64,000 bases of DNA, from positions 1-64,000 of IMG/VR virus record IMGVR_UViG_3300042731_004843. One strand, written 5' to 3'. Each line of letters starts with the position of its first letter. Position 1 is the first letter of the stretch. This DNA is from a virus. The position numbers were made by a program, and so were the translations under genes. Below the pieces are notes generated by a model, which saw only the letters and a list, made by a program, of their open reading frames with translations, ran no database searches and was not told the origin of the DNA. Of the stretch, positions 1 to 9,578 are shown one piece after another.

Positions 1-2664
1 TACGGCGATACGACCTTTCGAGGCGCGAATGATTTCACCTCGATTGCTGAGCTCCGCCTGAAGATACTGCAGCAGATATCTGCGGCGGAAAAGGACAGCA
101 GCACACGCCGACTATTCGCCCGCAAGACGTTCAACATGTGGATGAACCGGCAGATGGGCAGCCTGGGCAAGCTGGTGACTTTCCGCGGGCTCACCAGGAT
201 CCTGCAGAAGTTCATCTTCCACGAGATCTACCCCAACCCAGCGGCCTTCTACCAGCCTAAGAAGACGGGCCTGAAGAAGAAAAAGGTCTACTCCCTGCGG
301 GTGGACAAGGACCCACGCACCAGAACGTTCATCAATACGATCAAGAAGTTAGAACCAGTGATCAACTCTTTGGTGGACAACCTCAATAAGTGGGGCCAGC
401 TGGGGTTCAGCATTTCCGGCGCACTAACTGCGCTCAGTGTGGGCGGCGCACCGCAACTGCTTCGCACCATAGCCGCCGACTTTGCTGATGCCGACAAGAT
501 CATGCGCTCTCTTATCGGGGGTGGCACACCAAAGGGAGTGCCCGGTCTATTGCGGGAGACCAGTAGGATAAACTCGGCGCTTCTGAAGGCACACCGGCTA
601 GTGGCCCCGAAGAGACCGTTGCGAACGTCCACCACCATACTGTCTCCAGAACTCCTTGGGTCCGAGGCGCGCAGGAAGGGTGCCGTTGACGCTCTTGGGG
701 AAGCGCAGTCTGCCATCACCGTCTTGCTCGGCATGCGCGTGAGGCGCTCGAAGGAAGTGACCTACGACAAGTTGGACAGGGTGCACAATCAAATACTGCG
801 GCCAGATCTCTGGTTTGCGTCCCCGCCCCGATGCAACGTCCTGTTTCCGGAGCTGTACGGGAACCTGACCTGGCAGCGGAACTTCATGCGCGAGGTATCG
901 CGCATGGAGCTGCAGACCACCAATGAGATCTTGGGTGACGACGCCCTGTTCAACGGCCGTTACTATGCCCCAAACGTAATCGATATGCGTAAGGGTGTGC
1001 GGTTGAGTTCCAGGAAGTTCGGACGCCTGATAATGGCGCATGAGCTGCTGACCGGCATCATCCCGATGTTCGAGAAGATGACCGAGGCCAACCTCTTCGC
1101 CATGAAGGCTCGCCGGGTCAAGTACAAGGGGGCCAAGGTCGGGTACGCGCAAAGGGCGGTAAACTTCCAGTACTTCAAGCACCGCTTCGCTTCCAGGGCC
1201 ATGTCCGCGGCAGGCAGGTTCAACCCTTGGTTCGTGTGCGGGTTCCCGGCGCCGCTTGTCGACAGGCCCATGACGTCAGCAGACCTGCTGACCAGCGGCA
1301 AGCCTATAGCAGACCAACTGGCGGACCTGGACATCGTGCCGGAAAAAGGCCAAACGATAACCAGGGCCACCCTACTGCAACTGCTCGTACCCACCCAATA
1401 CTTTGGGTCCTGCGTACAACTGGTGCACAACGTCAATCAGCAGGGCGGCCAAACCAGTTACCAATTCGCGCAGGCCAGGCTGCATCGTGAAGACACTGAA
1501 TTCTTGGGGGTGGACAAGAAGGTCGTCAACAAGAAGATCGGCACCACCAGGCGTATCAGTGTAGTGGCGGCCCTACCATCTGAAGCACCGAAGACCAACA
1601 ATCGAGGTCCTCGAGGAGGGCGCATAACGTCCGTCCGGGATGTGACTGGCCAGTACCGCAACTCATTCTTGCCGCTGTATGGCGCGTCTAGGGGCACAGC
1701 CAAGGTTAAGGTGGGCACCACCGATACCGTTGCCGCCGCCTTGGGTGTCGGGGAGCAGCAAACCAGCACAGAAAGTTTCAAGGCGTACCGGGTTACAGAA
1801 ACGTTCACACGTCGGGCTCGGGTAAAGATAGACATGCCTATCGAGGAGGCTGTGCGGCCGACATGGATGTGGGACGGGTGGTCCAACCTGAAGATAGGCG
1901 AAACCTACATGCAGATGTTAGGCACCAACTCGATCACGGATGTAGAGGGCATCACGTCCAGGGACCTGCTGTTCGATCTGCTGGACGCGGACTCTTCGGA
2001 GGCCGTACTAGAGGCACGAGAAGGGAAGACGCAGGGGCTCTTGAAGGAGGATGAGGCCGGCGCAGAGTTCCAGGACCGCACATCCGGCACTGGGCAGAAG
2101 AAGGCGCTGGGAGACGACAGGAAGAACCAGAAGCCCAAGGAGGCGCTGGTAGTGTCCGGCACGTCTGTGCAGAGAGCTTCCCACGAGAAGGTGTCCGCCG
2201 ATGCCATCCTGACCATCGAGAAGGAGAGGACCATCGAGAACGCCGTAGACTACTTGGTGAGGGTCTACAGCTACTTGATGCATCGGGGGCTCGATGTGGG
2301 GAACTTCGTACGGACCTACACCTGGCGCCCGGTCGCCACCATGCCGGAGATCTTGGGGTCCGCGAACTTCACCATCCAGGAGAAGACGGCGCTACGGTTC
2401 GTGGGCAACTCCATAGACGAGCTCCAGCTTACGGAGACCCCGGATGGCTACGTAACTTCTGGAACTGAGGGCTTCCACAGCCGTGCATTCGGTGACGTGG
2501 AGGACCTGTTCGCGCTGGTAGACCCCAAAGTACGGAAGATACTAGGGCTGAGCAAAGAAAAGAAGCAGGCTACGGCTAGGAAGCTGGACGTACGGAAACG
2601 CCGGCGGCAAGCCGTCAGGGAGTACGTAGACGAGCTGACGGCTTCCAGAGGCTTGCTGGGATAG
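1..2664 (+). CDS. 5'-truncated large structural protein, possibly baseplate hub (gp27/gpD-like)
   Basis: Frame is open from base 1 to TAG 2664. The segment GRFNPWFVCGFPAPLVD...GSCVQLVHNV..GGQTSY resembles the C-terminal hub fold, and it lies in the tail gene block. Confidence 0.4.
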   Translation, partial: YGDTTFRGANDFTSIAELRLKILQQISAAEKDSSTRRLFARKTFNMWMNRQMGSLGKLVTFRGLTRILQKFIFHEIYPNPAAFYQPKKTGLKKKKVYSLRVDKDPRTRTFINTIKKLEPVINSLVDNLNKWGQLGFSISGALTALSVGGAPQLLRTIAADFADADKIMRSLIGGGTPKGVPGLLRETSRINSALLKAHRLVAPKRPLRTSTTILSPELLGSEARRKGAVDALGEAQSAITVLLGMRVRRSKEVTYDKLDRVHNQILRPDLWFASPPRCNVLFPELYGNLTWQRNFMREVSRMELQTTNEILGDDALFNGRYYAPNVIDMRKGVRLSSRKFGRLIMAHELLTGIIPMFEKMTEANLFAMKARRVKYKGAKVGYAQRAVNFQYFKHRFASRAMSAAGRFNPWFVCGFPAPLVDRPMTSADLLTSGKPIADQLADLDIVPEKGQTITRATLLQLLVPTQYFGSCVQLVHNVNQQGGQTSYQFAQARLHREDTEFLGVDKKVVNKKIGTTRRISVVAALPSEAPKTNNRGPRGGRITSVRDVTGQYRNSFLPLYGASRGTAKVKVGTTDTVAAALGVGEQQTSTESFKAYRVTETFTRRARVKIDMPIEEAVRPTWMWDGWSNLKIGETYMQMLGTNSITDVEGITSRDLLFDLLDADSSEAVLEAREGKTQGLLKEDEAGAEFQDRTSGTGQKKALGDDRKNQKPKEALVVSGTSVQRASHEKVSADAILTIEKERTIENAVDYLVRVYSYLMHRGLDVGNFVRTYTWRPVATMPEILGSANFTIQEKTALRFVGNSIDELQLTETPDGYVTSGTEGFHSRAFGDVEDLFALVDPKVRKILGLSKEKKQATARKLDVRKRRRQAVREYVDELTASRGLLG

Positions 2665-2682
2665 CGTGCTGCGGGGTATAAC
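2653..2682 (+). promoter_or_regulatory. sigma70-like promoter TTGCTG-N18-TATAAC
   Basis: Hexamers at 2653-2658 and 2677-2682, directly upstream of ATG 2690. Confidence 0.35.
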
Positions 2683-2689
2683 AGTGGCT

Positions 2690-2923
2690 ATGGATCAACG
2701 CCTAATTGGGCTCTTCAGCGAGCTGGAAAAGATCGGGGTTAACAAGGGCCTATCCCATTTCACGCAGAGTCGTGGTGGGCGCCGACCTATCAGAGTCGAC
2801 AAGCTGCTGGAGAAGGAGAAGGCGTTTCTCCCCAAAGCACAAGACGACGATGCCTCCGAGGATGGGAAGGACCATGAGATGGAGGGAGGTCTCGGCATGG
2901 GTGAAGGCGCCACGGAGGGCTGA
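2690..2923 (+). CDS. small protein with N-terminal ELEKI tag
   Basis: ATG 2690, LFSELEKIG near the N-terminus; abuts the next ATG at 2925. Confidence 0.65.
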   Translation: MDQRLIGLFSELEKIGVNKGLSHFTQSRGGRRPIRVDKLLEKEKAFLPKAQDDDASEDGKDHEMEGGLGMGEGATEG

Positions 2924-2924
2924 C

Positions 2925-3449
2925 ATGTACGGCTCATTTTTCGATGAACTGGTCAAGTTGGCCAAGGACGAGACTGGCGAGAAGATCATGCGTGGTGCGG
3001 TGGCTGCCAGACCGTGGGCCCAGAGGTTTGTTACAGCCGGGATACCTGCAGCTGTGGCGGCCAACTTTTTTCTGCCTATGAAGGACAGTCCTTTGAAGCG
3101 TAAGCTGATAGCCGGCTCCGGACTTCTAGGCGGTGGGGCCGGTGTGGGGGAGTTGGCCGTACGTAGATGGGCGGAGAAGAACCCTCGTAAGGGTTTGGCT
3201 AAAGAGATCAAGAAGATGGGCGCGGCACAGGCGTTCCTGAAGGTGGCCGCCATGGCCGCAGATCTACGCAAAGCCGGTATCGGTGGGGTAGAGAGGCCGC
3301 CGCTGATTACGGAGGACAGCAAGGAGCACGCGTACAACAGGCTGCGGCAGTCGGCTAAGCCTGGCGAGTTCCTGTCCGCCACAAAGCCCCGCCATCTCAA
3401 GGCCCCAGGGCCGTCGATCAAACAGATCTCCGCCCTCCCAACGGGGTAG
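2925..3449 (+). CDS. basic, Gly/Ala-rich protein with FFDELVKLA tag (putative internal head/ejection protein)
   Basis: ATG 2925 follows the TGA of the previous gene with GGAGGG upstream; glycine-zipper-like segment GSGLLGGGAGVG. Confidence 0.6.
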   Translation: MYGSFFDELVKLAKDETGEKIMRGAVAARPWAQRFVTAGIPAAVAANFFLPMKDSPLKRKLIAGSGLLGGGAGVGELAVRRWAEKNPRKGLAKEIKKMGAAQAFLKVAAMAADLRKAGIGGVERPPLITEDSKEHAYNRLRQSAKPGEFLSATKPRHLKAPGPSIKQISALPTG

Positions 3450-3452
3450 ATA

Positions 3453-4223
3453 GTGGACGCCGTCAGTGACTTCCTGGAAGCGCTTGGCCAGGTCAAGGAG
3501 GCCGCGGTCAAAGACTTGCGTAAGCGGCAGGCGCAAGAGATGCAGATGTGGGAGCGGTGGAAGCAGGGTGGGGAGAAGCCACAAGACTTGCGTCCGCTCA
3601 TACACTCGTTCAAGCCTCTAGTAAGTCACCAGGCCAACATCTGGGCTGGTAAGGTGCGTGACGTACCTCCAGCGGCTATCCGGGCGGAATTCACCAACCA
3701 GTTCGTTTCCGCTCTTCAGACTTATGATCCACAGCGCGGAGCAGGACTCGGTACGCACATACGGCACCAGCTGAAGAAAGCGCAACGGTTCGTCACAACG
3801 TATCAGAATCCTGGCAGGATCCCAGAGAATCGGGTCTACCGCATACGGGAGCTGCAAGACGCAGAGATGCAGCTGGATGAGCGCTTTGGTAGAGAGCCTA
3901 CACAGCTCGAGATAGCTGACCACCTGAAGTGGTCCCCGAAACAGGTGGACGTGCTCCAGAGGGAGGTCCGCAAAGCACGACCAACGGGTCAGTTCGAGAC
4001 GGACCCATCTACGTTCACCCCGTCCAGGCAGAAAGAGGTTCTGCGCCTGCTGCCCTACGAGCTAACATCTGACGAGAAGCAGGTGTTCGAGTACATCTAC
4101 GGCGTGGGCGGGAAACCAAAACTCGGGCCCGGTCAGATAGCCCGGAAGCTGAAGATGAGCGCCCCTAAGATCTCCAGACTTAAGCGCTCCATAGCTGAAA
4201 AGTACGCGAGGCATTCAAGCTGA
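3453..4223 (+). CDS. sigma-70 family RNA polymerase sigma factor (group 3, FliA/SigF-like architecture)
   Basis: Region 2 YDPQRGAGLGTH (cf. FDPxRGxxFxTY), region 3 GREPTQLEIADHL, region 4 LTSDEKQVF...IARKLKMSAPKISRL. Confidence 0.85.
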   Translation: MDAVSDFLEALGQVKEAAVKDLRKRQAQEMQMWERWKQGGEKPQDLRPLIHSFKPLVSHQANIWAGKVRDVPPAAIRAEFTNQFVSALQTYDPQRGAGLGTHIRHQLKKAQRFVTTYQNPGRIPENRVYRIRELQDAEMQLDERFGREPTQLEIADHLKWSPKQVDVLQREVRKARPTGQFETDPSTFTPSRQKEVLRLLPYELTSDEKQVFEYIYGVGGKPKLGPGQIARKLKMSAPKISRLKRSIAEKYARHSS

Positions 4224-4462
4224 TGGCCGATCCAAAACTACCTGTAGATCAGCGACAACAGGACAGGGACGCCCGCCTGGATGAGCTGAAAACGGCCACT
4301 ACCGATTGGGCCGATAAGGAAGAGAAGCGCCTCACAGACGAGGCCACTTTCTTGAGGTCGGTACTTAAGGGCCGGACAGGTGCGGGGAGACTAGCAGACC
4401 AAAACGTGGCTGACTCTTCCAAACTGGTGGTCGATGAGATCTCCAGGTTCTTGGAAGGATAG
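4223..4462 (+). CDS. hypothetical protein
   Basis: TGATG overlap with the sigma gene. Confidence 0.6.
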   Translation: MADPKLPVDQRQQDRDARLDELKTATTDWADKEEKRLTDEATFLRSVLKGRTGAGRLADQNVADSSKLVVDEISRFLEG

Positions 4463-4471
4463 GAGGACAAA

Positions 4472-5104
4472 ATGGAGAACGAAGAGAGAGTAATCGAGTT
4501 GACGCCAGATCACCGCAGCGAGCTTGTGCAGGCCAAAATCATCAAGCCGGATCAGGCCAGCATGCCCCAGAAGGAGTATGCTGCAGCCCTCGAGGCGCTA
4601 CGTCAGATGAAGTTGGCTGACGCGAAAGATAGCGTGGAGAGGCTCAGTACTGGCCTGCAGAACGCGCAGGGGGTGATAGACGGTATCCGCGCTAAACAAC
4701 GCAAGGTACACCGGCCCCCCAACACCCCGGATATGCCCATCGGAGATCCGGATGAGATGGCCGCGGAAGAGTGGAAGAAGTACGAGCAGCCGCTCACGGA
4801 GGCAAGTAAGCGCATTCAGCAGGCAAAGGCGGCGGCTGGAAAGGTAGAACAGGCGTCCAGGTTAGTACAACTCGACCCGACTATGGTGCTCAGGATCGAG
4901 CTCACCGCGGCTAAGAAGCGAGCAGCTGTGGCAGAAGAGAGCCTCGCTATCCTAGCGCTGCAAGAGGCTAGGAAAGCAAAAGACGCGGCGGAAAGAGAAG
5001 AGGCGCTACTGATGCGGGCAGTGTCTGCCCAGCTGGGCGTTACTCCGGGCAAGAACGTTCGCCTGGTGGACAAGGAAAAGGGCATTTGCCAGATCGAGGG
5101 CTAG
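4472..5104 (+). CDS. hypothetical coiled-coil protein
   Basis: AGGAGG RBS; helical composition. Confidence 0.7.
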   Translation: MENEERVIELTPDHRSELVQAKIIKPDQASMPQKEYAAALEALRQMKLADAKDSVERLSTGLQNAQGVIDGIRAKQRKVHRPPNTPDMPIGDPDEMAAEEWKKYEQPLTEASKRIQQAKAAAGKVEQASRLVQLDPTMVLRIELTAAKKRAAVAEESLAILALQEARKAKDAAEREEALLMRAVSAQLGVTPGKNVRLVDKEKGICQIEG

Positions 5105-5509
5105 ATGGCTGTCGTCGTCCGAAAACGAGCTGGCGCAGCAGTACTAGGCTGGGGCGCCGGCCTGTTGGGGACGTCCGATACCGTACGGTACCTATATCCT
5201 GGGTACAGTGATCAGCTAGCTGAAGTTCGGGAGACAAGCCTGCAGGCACCCAGATCCGGCGTTCTCAGGAATCTACAAGTGCGTCATAATGTCCCTGACG
5301 GTAATGGCGCGTCGATTGTCTACACTGCGCGTGTGAATGGCGTAGATACGGCATTGGCCGCGGCCGTGCCTTCCACGGCCGGGTCTGGGAACGATTTGAC
5401 GAACTCCGTAGCTGTCGATATTGGGGATCTGGTGAGTATCAGGGTGAGTAAGGTAGCCGGGGTCGGGAAGTCGCCAAAGAATGTCGTCGTGACTGCAGAG
5501 CTCATATAG
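5105..5509 (+). CDS. structural beta-sandwich protein, paralogous to the C-terminus of 5519-6574
   Basis: RSGVLRNLQVRHNVPDGNGASIVYT matches RAGILRNMYVRHNITGGNGNAIVYT. Confidence 0.65.
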   Translation: MAVVVRKRAGAAVLGWGAGLLGTSDTVRYLYPGYSDQLAEVRETSLQAPRSGVLRNLQVRHNVPDGNGASIVYTARVNGVDTALAAAVPSTAGSGNDLTNSVAVDIGDLVSIRVSKVAGVGKSPKNVVVTAELI

Positions 5510-5518
5510 GAGAAGTAA

Positions 5519-6574
5519 ATGGCCCTCGCGAACTACAGATTCAGGAAAACTGACGCGTCAGCTGCACTGGACGACATCAATGATAGGTTAGCCGGGAGTG
5601 CTGTCCTCGTCGATCAGGCAGGTGGACAAGTCGTCACGGTTCAGTACGATGATTCTGCTACGAACGAGGCGGACCTCATCGATGTGATGGCGCAGAAGGG
5701 GTACGCCCTCATCGAGGGGTCCGGTGGTGCTGGAGTTACTGGAACTGCTTACGATGATCACGAGCAGCGCCAGGACCAAATGAAGGCGCCGGTTCGGGTG
5801 GTCGAGTCATCGGACCTGGTTACTGCCGGATGGGTCTCGAGCGGTGGAGGCAAGAACAAGACCCTGACCAGTCCGAGCGATTCAGTTTCGTTCAATGATT
5901 TCGACAGTATCACGTTCACGGCGGGCGTTGGCCAGCGTGTGTTGCTGACCGGGCTCACGCCCGCCTCGCATAACGGTATCTACTTCCTCGAGACTGCGGC
6001 AGATGGCGCAGGCCAAAACGCTGTTTTGAAGCGTGCCTACGATGCTGATGAGGACGAAGAGGTCCTTTCCGGCATGAGTGCGTTGGTCGTAGAGGGCAGT
6101 CAAGAGAAGAAGATCTACGCCCTAAAAACGACCGGCACCATCACGGTCGACACTACCTCCCTGACGTTCGAGGCCATCCGCGCAGATGTTGATGCTGCGG
6201 AGAACCTGCTATTCGGGGCTGGGAAGCTCGTCACTTCTACTACTACCAACTACCTGTTCCCTTGTTACTCGGACAGCCTGGCCCAGACCACCGCAATACA
6301 GTTCCGCGCATCCCGTGCCGGTATTCTTCGCAACATGTACGTGCGCCACAACATCACTGGCGGCAACGGTAACGCGATCGTCTACACACTGCGTAAGAAC
6401 GGCATTGCAACAGCACTGACAGTGTCCCTGGCGTCAACAGCAAATGACGGGTCCGACTTGGTTAACTCAGTTAGCGTGGCCAAGGGCGATCTGATCGATG
6501 TTGAGGTCACCAAAGCAGCGGGCATCGGAGGAACTCCAAGAGACATCACCGTCTCGATGGAATTCGCTGCCTAG
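5519..6574 (+). CDS. virion fibre/decoration protein
   Basis: Central GQRVLLTG..ASHNGIY...KRAYDAD...SGM..LV.EG motif is typical of phage fibre proteins; AGGAG RBS. Confidence 0.6.
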   Translation: MALANYRFRKTDASAALDDINDRLAGSAVLVDQAGGQVVTVQYDDSATNEADLIDVMAQKGYALIEGSGGAGVTGTAYDDHEQRQDQMKAPVRVVESSDLVTAGWVSSGGGKNKTLTSPSDSVSFNDFDSITFTAGVGQRVLLTGLTPASHNGIYFLETAADGAGQNAVLKRAYDADEDEEVLSGMSALVVEGSQEKKIYALKTTGTITVDTTSLTFEAIRADVDAAENLLFGAGKLVTSTTTNYLFPCYSDSLAQTTAIQFRASRAGILRNMYVRHNITGGNGNAIVYTLRKNGIATALTVSLASTANDGSDLVNSVSVAKGDLIDVEVTKAAGIGGTPRDITVSMEFAA

Positions 6575-6576
6575 CA

Positions 6577-7200
6577 ATGGCGTTGGTCATCTACAGGTTT
6601 CGGCTCAGGACTCCTGGTGCGTCCATTGAGCAGCTCAACACCGAAGTCGGCACTACTGTAGTTGTCTCCGACAGTGCCGGCGGTGTGCTCATAGACCTGG
6701 AGTGCGATGATGCATTCGGCCAAAATCTGATAGATAGCCTTGAAGGTAGAGGCTACGAGTTCGTAGAGGGCGCTCCGACCATATCTGCGGAAGAGCAATT
6801 TCGATTAGACAACAATCTCGCCTCAGCAGTCGGCCTGGCCAACGTTATGCAGCTGCTGATTTCCGTTGATAACTTTCCGCTGCTTGGTGACTACTTTACA
6901 CTAAGGTCTATGATCTGGGGAGGAACGGACAGCTGGGGTGAGATCAACGAAATTCTAGCCCTGACGTATCAGACCGGAACTGGCGGAAAGACACATGATG
7001 TACGTGTGTATGACGTAACCAACGCGAACACCATCGCAGAGGCCACCGGGTTCAACCACTTGCTTCCGACGATAGTGGACCTGGGCGCGGTGTCTAACCT
7101 CTCCGCGGGTCCAGCCATTTGGGCCGTACAAGTGCGCAGCGGAAGTCCTGCGTCACATAGATTGTACTTCGACTCGATCAGTTTTAAGGGTGGAGCATGA
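6577..7200 (+). CDS. structural protein sharing its N-terminal domain with 5519-6574
   Basis: MALVIYRFR...LIDSLEGRGYEFVEG matches MALANYRFR...LIDVMAQKGYALIEG. Confidence 0.6.
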   Translation: MALVIYRFRLRTPGASIEQLNTEVGTTVVVSDSAGGVLIDLECDDAFGQNLIDSLEGRGYEFVEGAPTISAEEQFRLDNNLASAVGLANVMQLLISVDNFPLLGDYFTLRSMIWGGTDSWGEINEILALTYQTGTGGKTHDVRVYDVTNANTIAEATGFNHLLPTIVDLGAVSNLSAGPAIWAVQVRSGSPASHRLYFDSISFKGGA

Positions 7201-8144
7201 AAGTTTACGAGTACTGGCTCTGGTGTAACGACGAGAGCGCCTGGGTAACTGTATGGTCCCCGGACCCGGACAATGCGCCAACACTATGTCCAAATGACAC
7301 CGGCCATACGATAGACCAATCGAAGACCTTCATCCAAAGATCTGTTGGGGAAACTGTCAGTGTCCAGGAGTTGATTGACGCCCCAAAGACTGACGAAGAT
7401 ATCCCCATCACAGCCCAGGACGGGCCACGAGAGTGCGACAGGAAACCGGTCATGGTCATGTCCCCGGCAACAGAGGGGACATTCACGTTTTTGTCTAGTT
7501 GTGGGGACGACCTCTCTCCTACACCCCCTAACTCCGGAAGGGGTGAGGGTGCCCAGCTTTATCTAAACTTTGCTGACGCCGGTGAGGACGAAGTAGAGAT
7601 TCAGTTCTGTGAGCCTGTAGAGCTGCACGATGCCCACTGTTCTTGGAGTGGGAACTGGGGATTTCTAGACAGGTGGTCTACCTCTGTAAGGATACCAGCT
7701 ACACCTGATCCCGTAGTTAATCCTGGGGGTACTGGGAACTGCTACGTGATCCCTACTGGCTTTGGATTCAATTCTATCGTTCCGGCTGACGGTGCGGGCA
7801 CTCACGACGTCGACCTCAATCTTGCGGTTCCTGTACCTGACGGTTATTCCAAGAAATCAGGAGAGGGCCAGGGGTTTTGGAATGTGGATGAGCGCTGGAG
7901 TGAGGTCATCACCCCCTGCGAGGATTTTGGATACGGCCCCTATAACTTGTACGACGTCAATCTCCAGATGTTCTTCTGCAAAAACATGGATTGCGGAGAT
8001 CCTCGGGGCATTTGGGATCTAGACGCCTACAAGGCTGAGTGGATATCTAAGAAGTGGAAGATAGCCTTTAGAGTACTTAAGGTCTCTCCCGATCCGGGAG
8101 AGATCGGCGGCTATCTGATGATCTTCAGACCTGGAGCTACGTAA
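7197..8144 (+). CDS. hypothetical acidic, Cys/Pro-rich structural protein
   Basis: ATGA overlap; 315-aa ORF. Confidence 0.6.
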   Translation: MKVYEYWLWCNDESAWVTVWSPDPDNAPTLCPNDTGHTIDQSKTFIQRSVGETVSVQELIDAPKTDEDIPITAQDGPRECDRKPVMVMSPATEGTFTFLSSCGDDLSPTPPNSGRGEGAQLYLNFADAGEDEVEIQFCEPVELHDAHCSWSGNWGFLDRWSTSVRIPATPDPVVNPGGTGNCYVIPTGFGFNSIVPADGAGTHDVDLNLAVPVPDGYSKKSGEGQGFWNVDERWSEVITPCEDFGYGPYNLYDVNLQMFFCKNMDCGDPRGIWDLDAYKAEWISKKWKIAFRVLKVSPDPGEIGGYLMIFRPGAT

Positions 8145-8145
8145 G

Positions 8146-8973
8146 ATGAAGACCGCTTTAGTTGTTTCTGGAGGCGGTTCCCGCGGTGCGTTTGCTGTTG
8201 GGGTGCTAGAAGTTCTACGGGAGAGGGGTTGGGAGTTCGACATCATCAGCGGGACCAGTACTGGTGCTTTGATCGCGTCTCTGGCTTCCATTGGAGACAT
8301 AGACGAGCTGGTGCGGATTTACACCTCGGTTCGAACAAAAGACATTCTGCGCCTCAACTGGCGGCGTTTGTTCAAGGACGCCATTTACGACACGAAGCCG
8401 CTAGAGAAGCTGATTCGAAAGACCATGAAGGGGGACCGTTACGAGAGGTTGATGGCGGCCCAAACCACCACGCTTTTCTGCCGCATAGCCTTGCGGTCGG
8501 GGAACATACTGTATGGGTCCCAGAGGGCTATCTCAGGGCATGAAGACGTCGTTCCTTGGGGAGACTTCAATGGGTACGTCAAGGCGCTGCTCTCCTCGAC
8601 TAATGAGCCCTTGTTCATGCCACCTATCGAAATTGACGGGCAGACTTGTTTGGATGGCGGGGTCAGGGAAGTGGTTCCCTTCAGGATCGTGAAGTCTCTT
8701 GGTGCCCACAAAGTGGTAGTCATAGCGAATGGCCCCGTGGACCCGGCGCCTACAGACAAATCGTATTCTTGCGTACTGGACACGGGGTTCAGGGCGATTG
8801 ATCTGATGACTACGGAAATAACCAACGACGATCTGGTTGGTGTTGGCAACAACGTGACTGTGATCCGCCCCACAGCCCCTCTTCCTGGTAGCTCGTTGGA
8901 GTTCATCCCGGAGGAGATGCAGGAGCTGCGAACCATTGGCCAGAATCGAGCAAGGGAAGTCCTATCCTTGTAG
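8146..8973 (+). CDS. patatin-like phospholipase
   Basis: Oxyanion hole GGGSRG, nucleophile GTSTG, catalytic DGG. Confidence 0.92.
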   Translation: MKTALVVSGGGSRGAFAVGVLEVLRERGWEFDIISGTSTGALIASLASIGDIDELVRIYTSVRTKDILRLNWRRLFKDAIYDTKPLEKLIRKTMKGDRYERLMAAQTTTLFCRIALRSGNILYGSQRAISGHEDVVPWGDFNGYVKALLSSTNEPLFMPPIEIDGQTCLDGGVREVVPFRIVKSLGAHKVVVIANGPVDPAPTDKSYSCVLDTGFRAIDLMTTEITNDDLVGVGNNVTVIRPTAPLPGSSLEFIPEEMQELRTIGQNRAREVLSL

Positions 8974-8982
8974 GGGGCGGCC

Positions 8983-9291
8983 ATGGACACTGAGAGCGCA
9001 CTCAGAAAACTCTTCGCCAAACTAGATGTTCTGGACGACGTTGTCGCCCGTTTGGAGAGCCTGGAAAGGCGTCTGGCAGAATTGGACACCAATGGGAAGC
9101 TAGGGGAGATAGAGCGGCAGATGAAGACCGTAGCCGCGAATAGCCAGGTGGTGATAAGTACGGTAGAGTCGCACGGTACCGTACTAGAAAAGCTCTCTAA
9201 CCGTTTGAGAAGACTGGATCTCCGTTGCCCGCTCCTCAAACCCCCGACTGAGGAACTAAAGAAGGTTAGCAGCGGAGCGGGCGGCGTCTGA
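8983..9291 (+). CDS. hypothetical coiled-coil protein
   Basis: Heptad-like composition; RBS GGGGG. Confidence 0.6.
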   Translation: MDTESALRKLFAKLDVLDDVVARLESLERRLAELDTNGKLGEIERQMKTVAANSQVVISTVESHGTVLEKLSNRLRRLDLRCPLLKPPTEELKKVSSGAGGV

Positions 9292-9333
9292 TAGAATGGT
9301 GGTTGGTACCCCCTATGCTTTCATTGAGGCACC

Positions 9334-9576
9334 ATGGAAACGGCTCTGGCGAAATTGGTGGCAGGTCTGGTCTCCTACGGGCCGGGCTTTGCAGTAGCTG
9401 CCATCTTTATCGTCTTCTACCTACTGGAACGTAAGAAAAGCGAAGAAGCCGCGAAGGCGCTCATGGAGCTTGCCGTGGAAAGCATCAAGGCAGACATGGA
9501 GCACACCAAGGCTTATGCGACACTGGAGAAGGCGTTCAATGCTGCTATTGAAGCCCTGACAGCGAGGAGGGACTAG
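9334..9576 (+). CDS. small single-TM protein (holin-like)
   Basis: Hydrophobic YGPGFAVAAIFIVFYLL followed by a charged helix. Confidence 0.45.
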   Translation: METALAKLVAGLVSYGPGFAVAAIFIVFYLLERKKSEEAAKALMELAVESIKADMEHTKAYATLEKAFNAAIEALTARRD

Positions 9577-9578
9577 CC

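Noticed and set aside
8146-8973. CBASS operon (CapV)
   Set aside because: No CD-NTase or Cap2/Cap3 motifs nearby.
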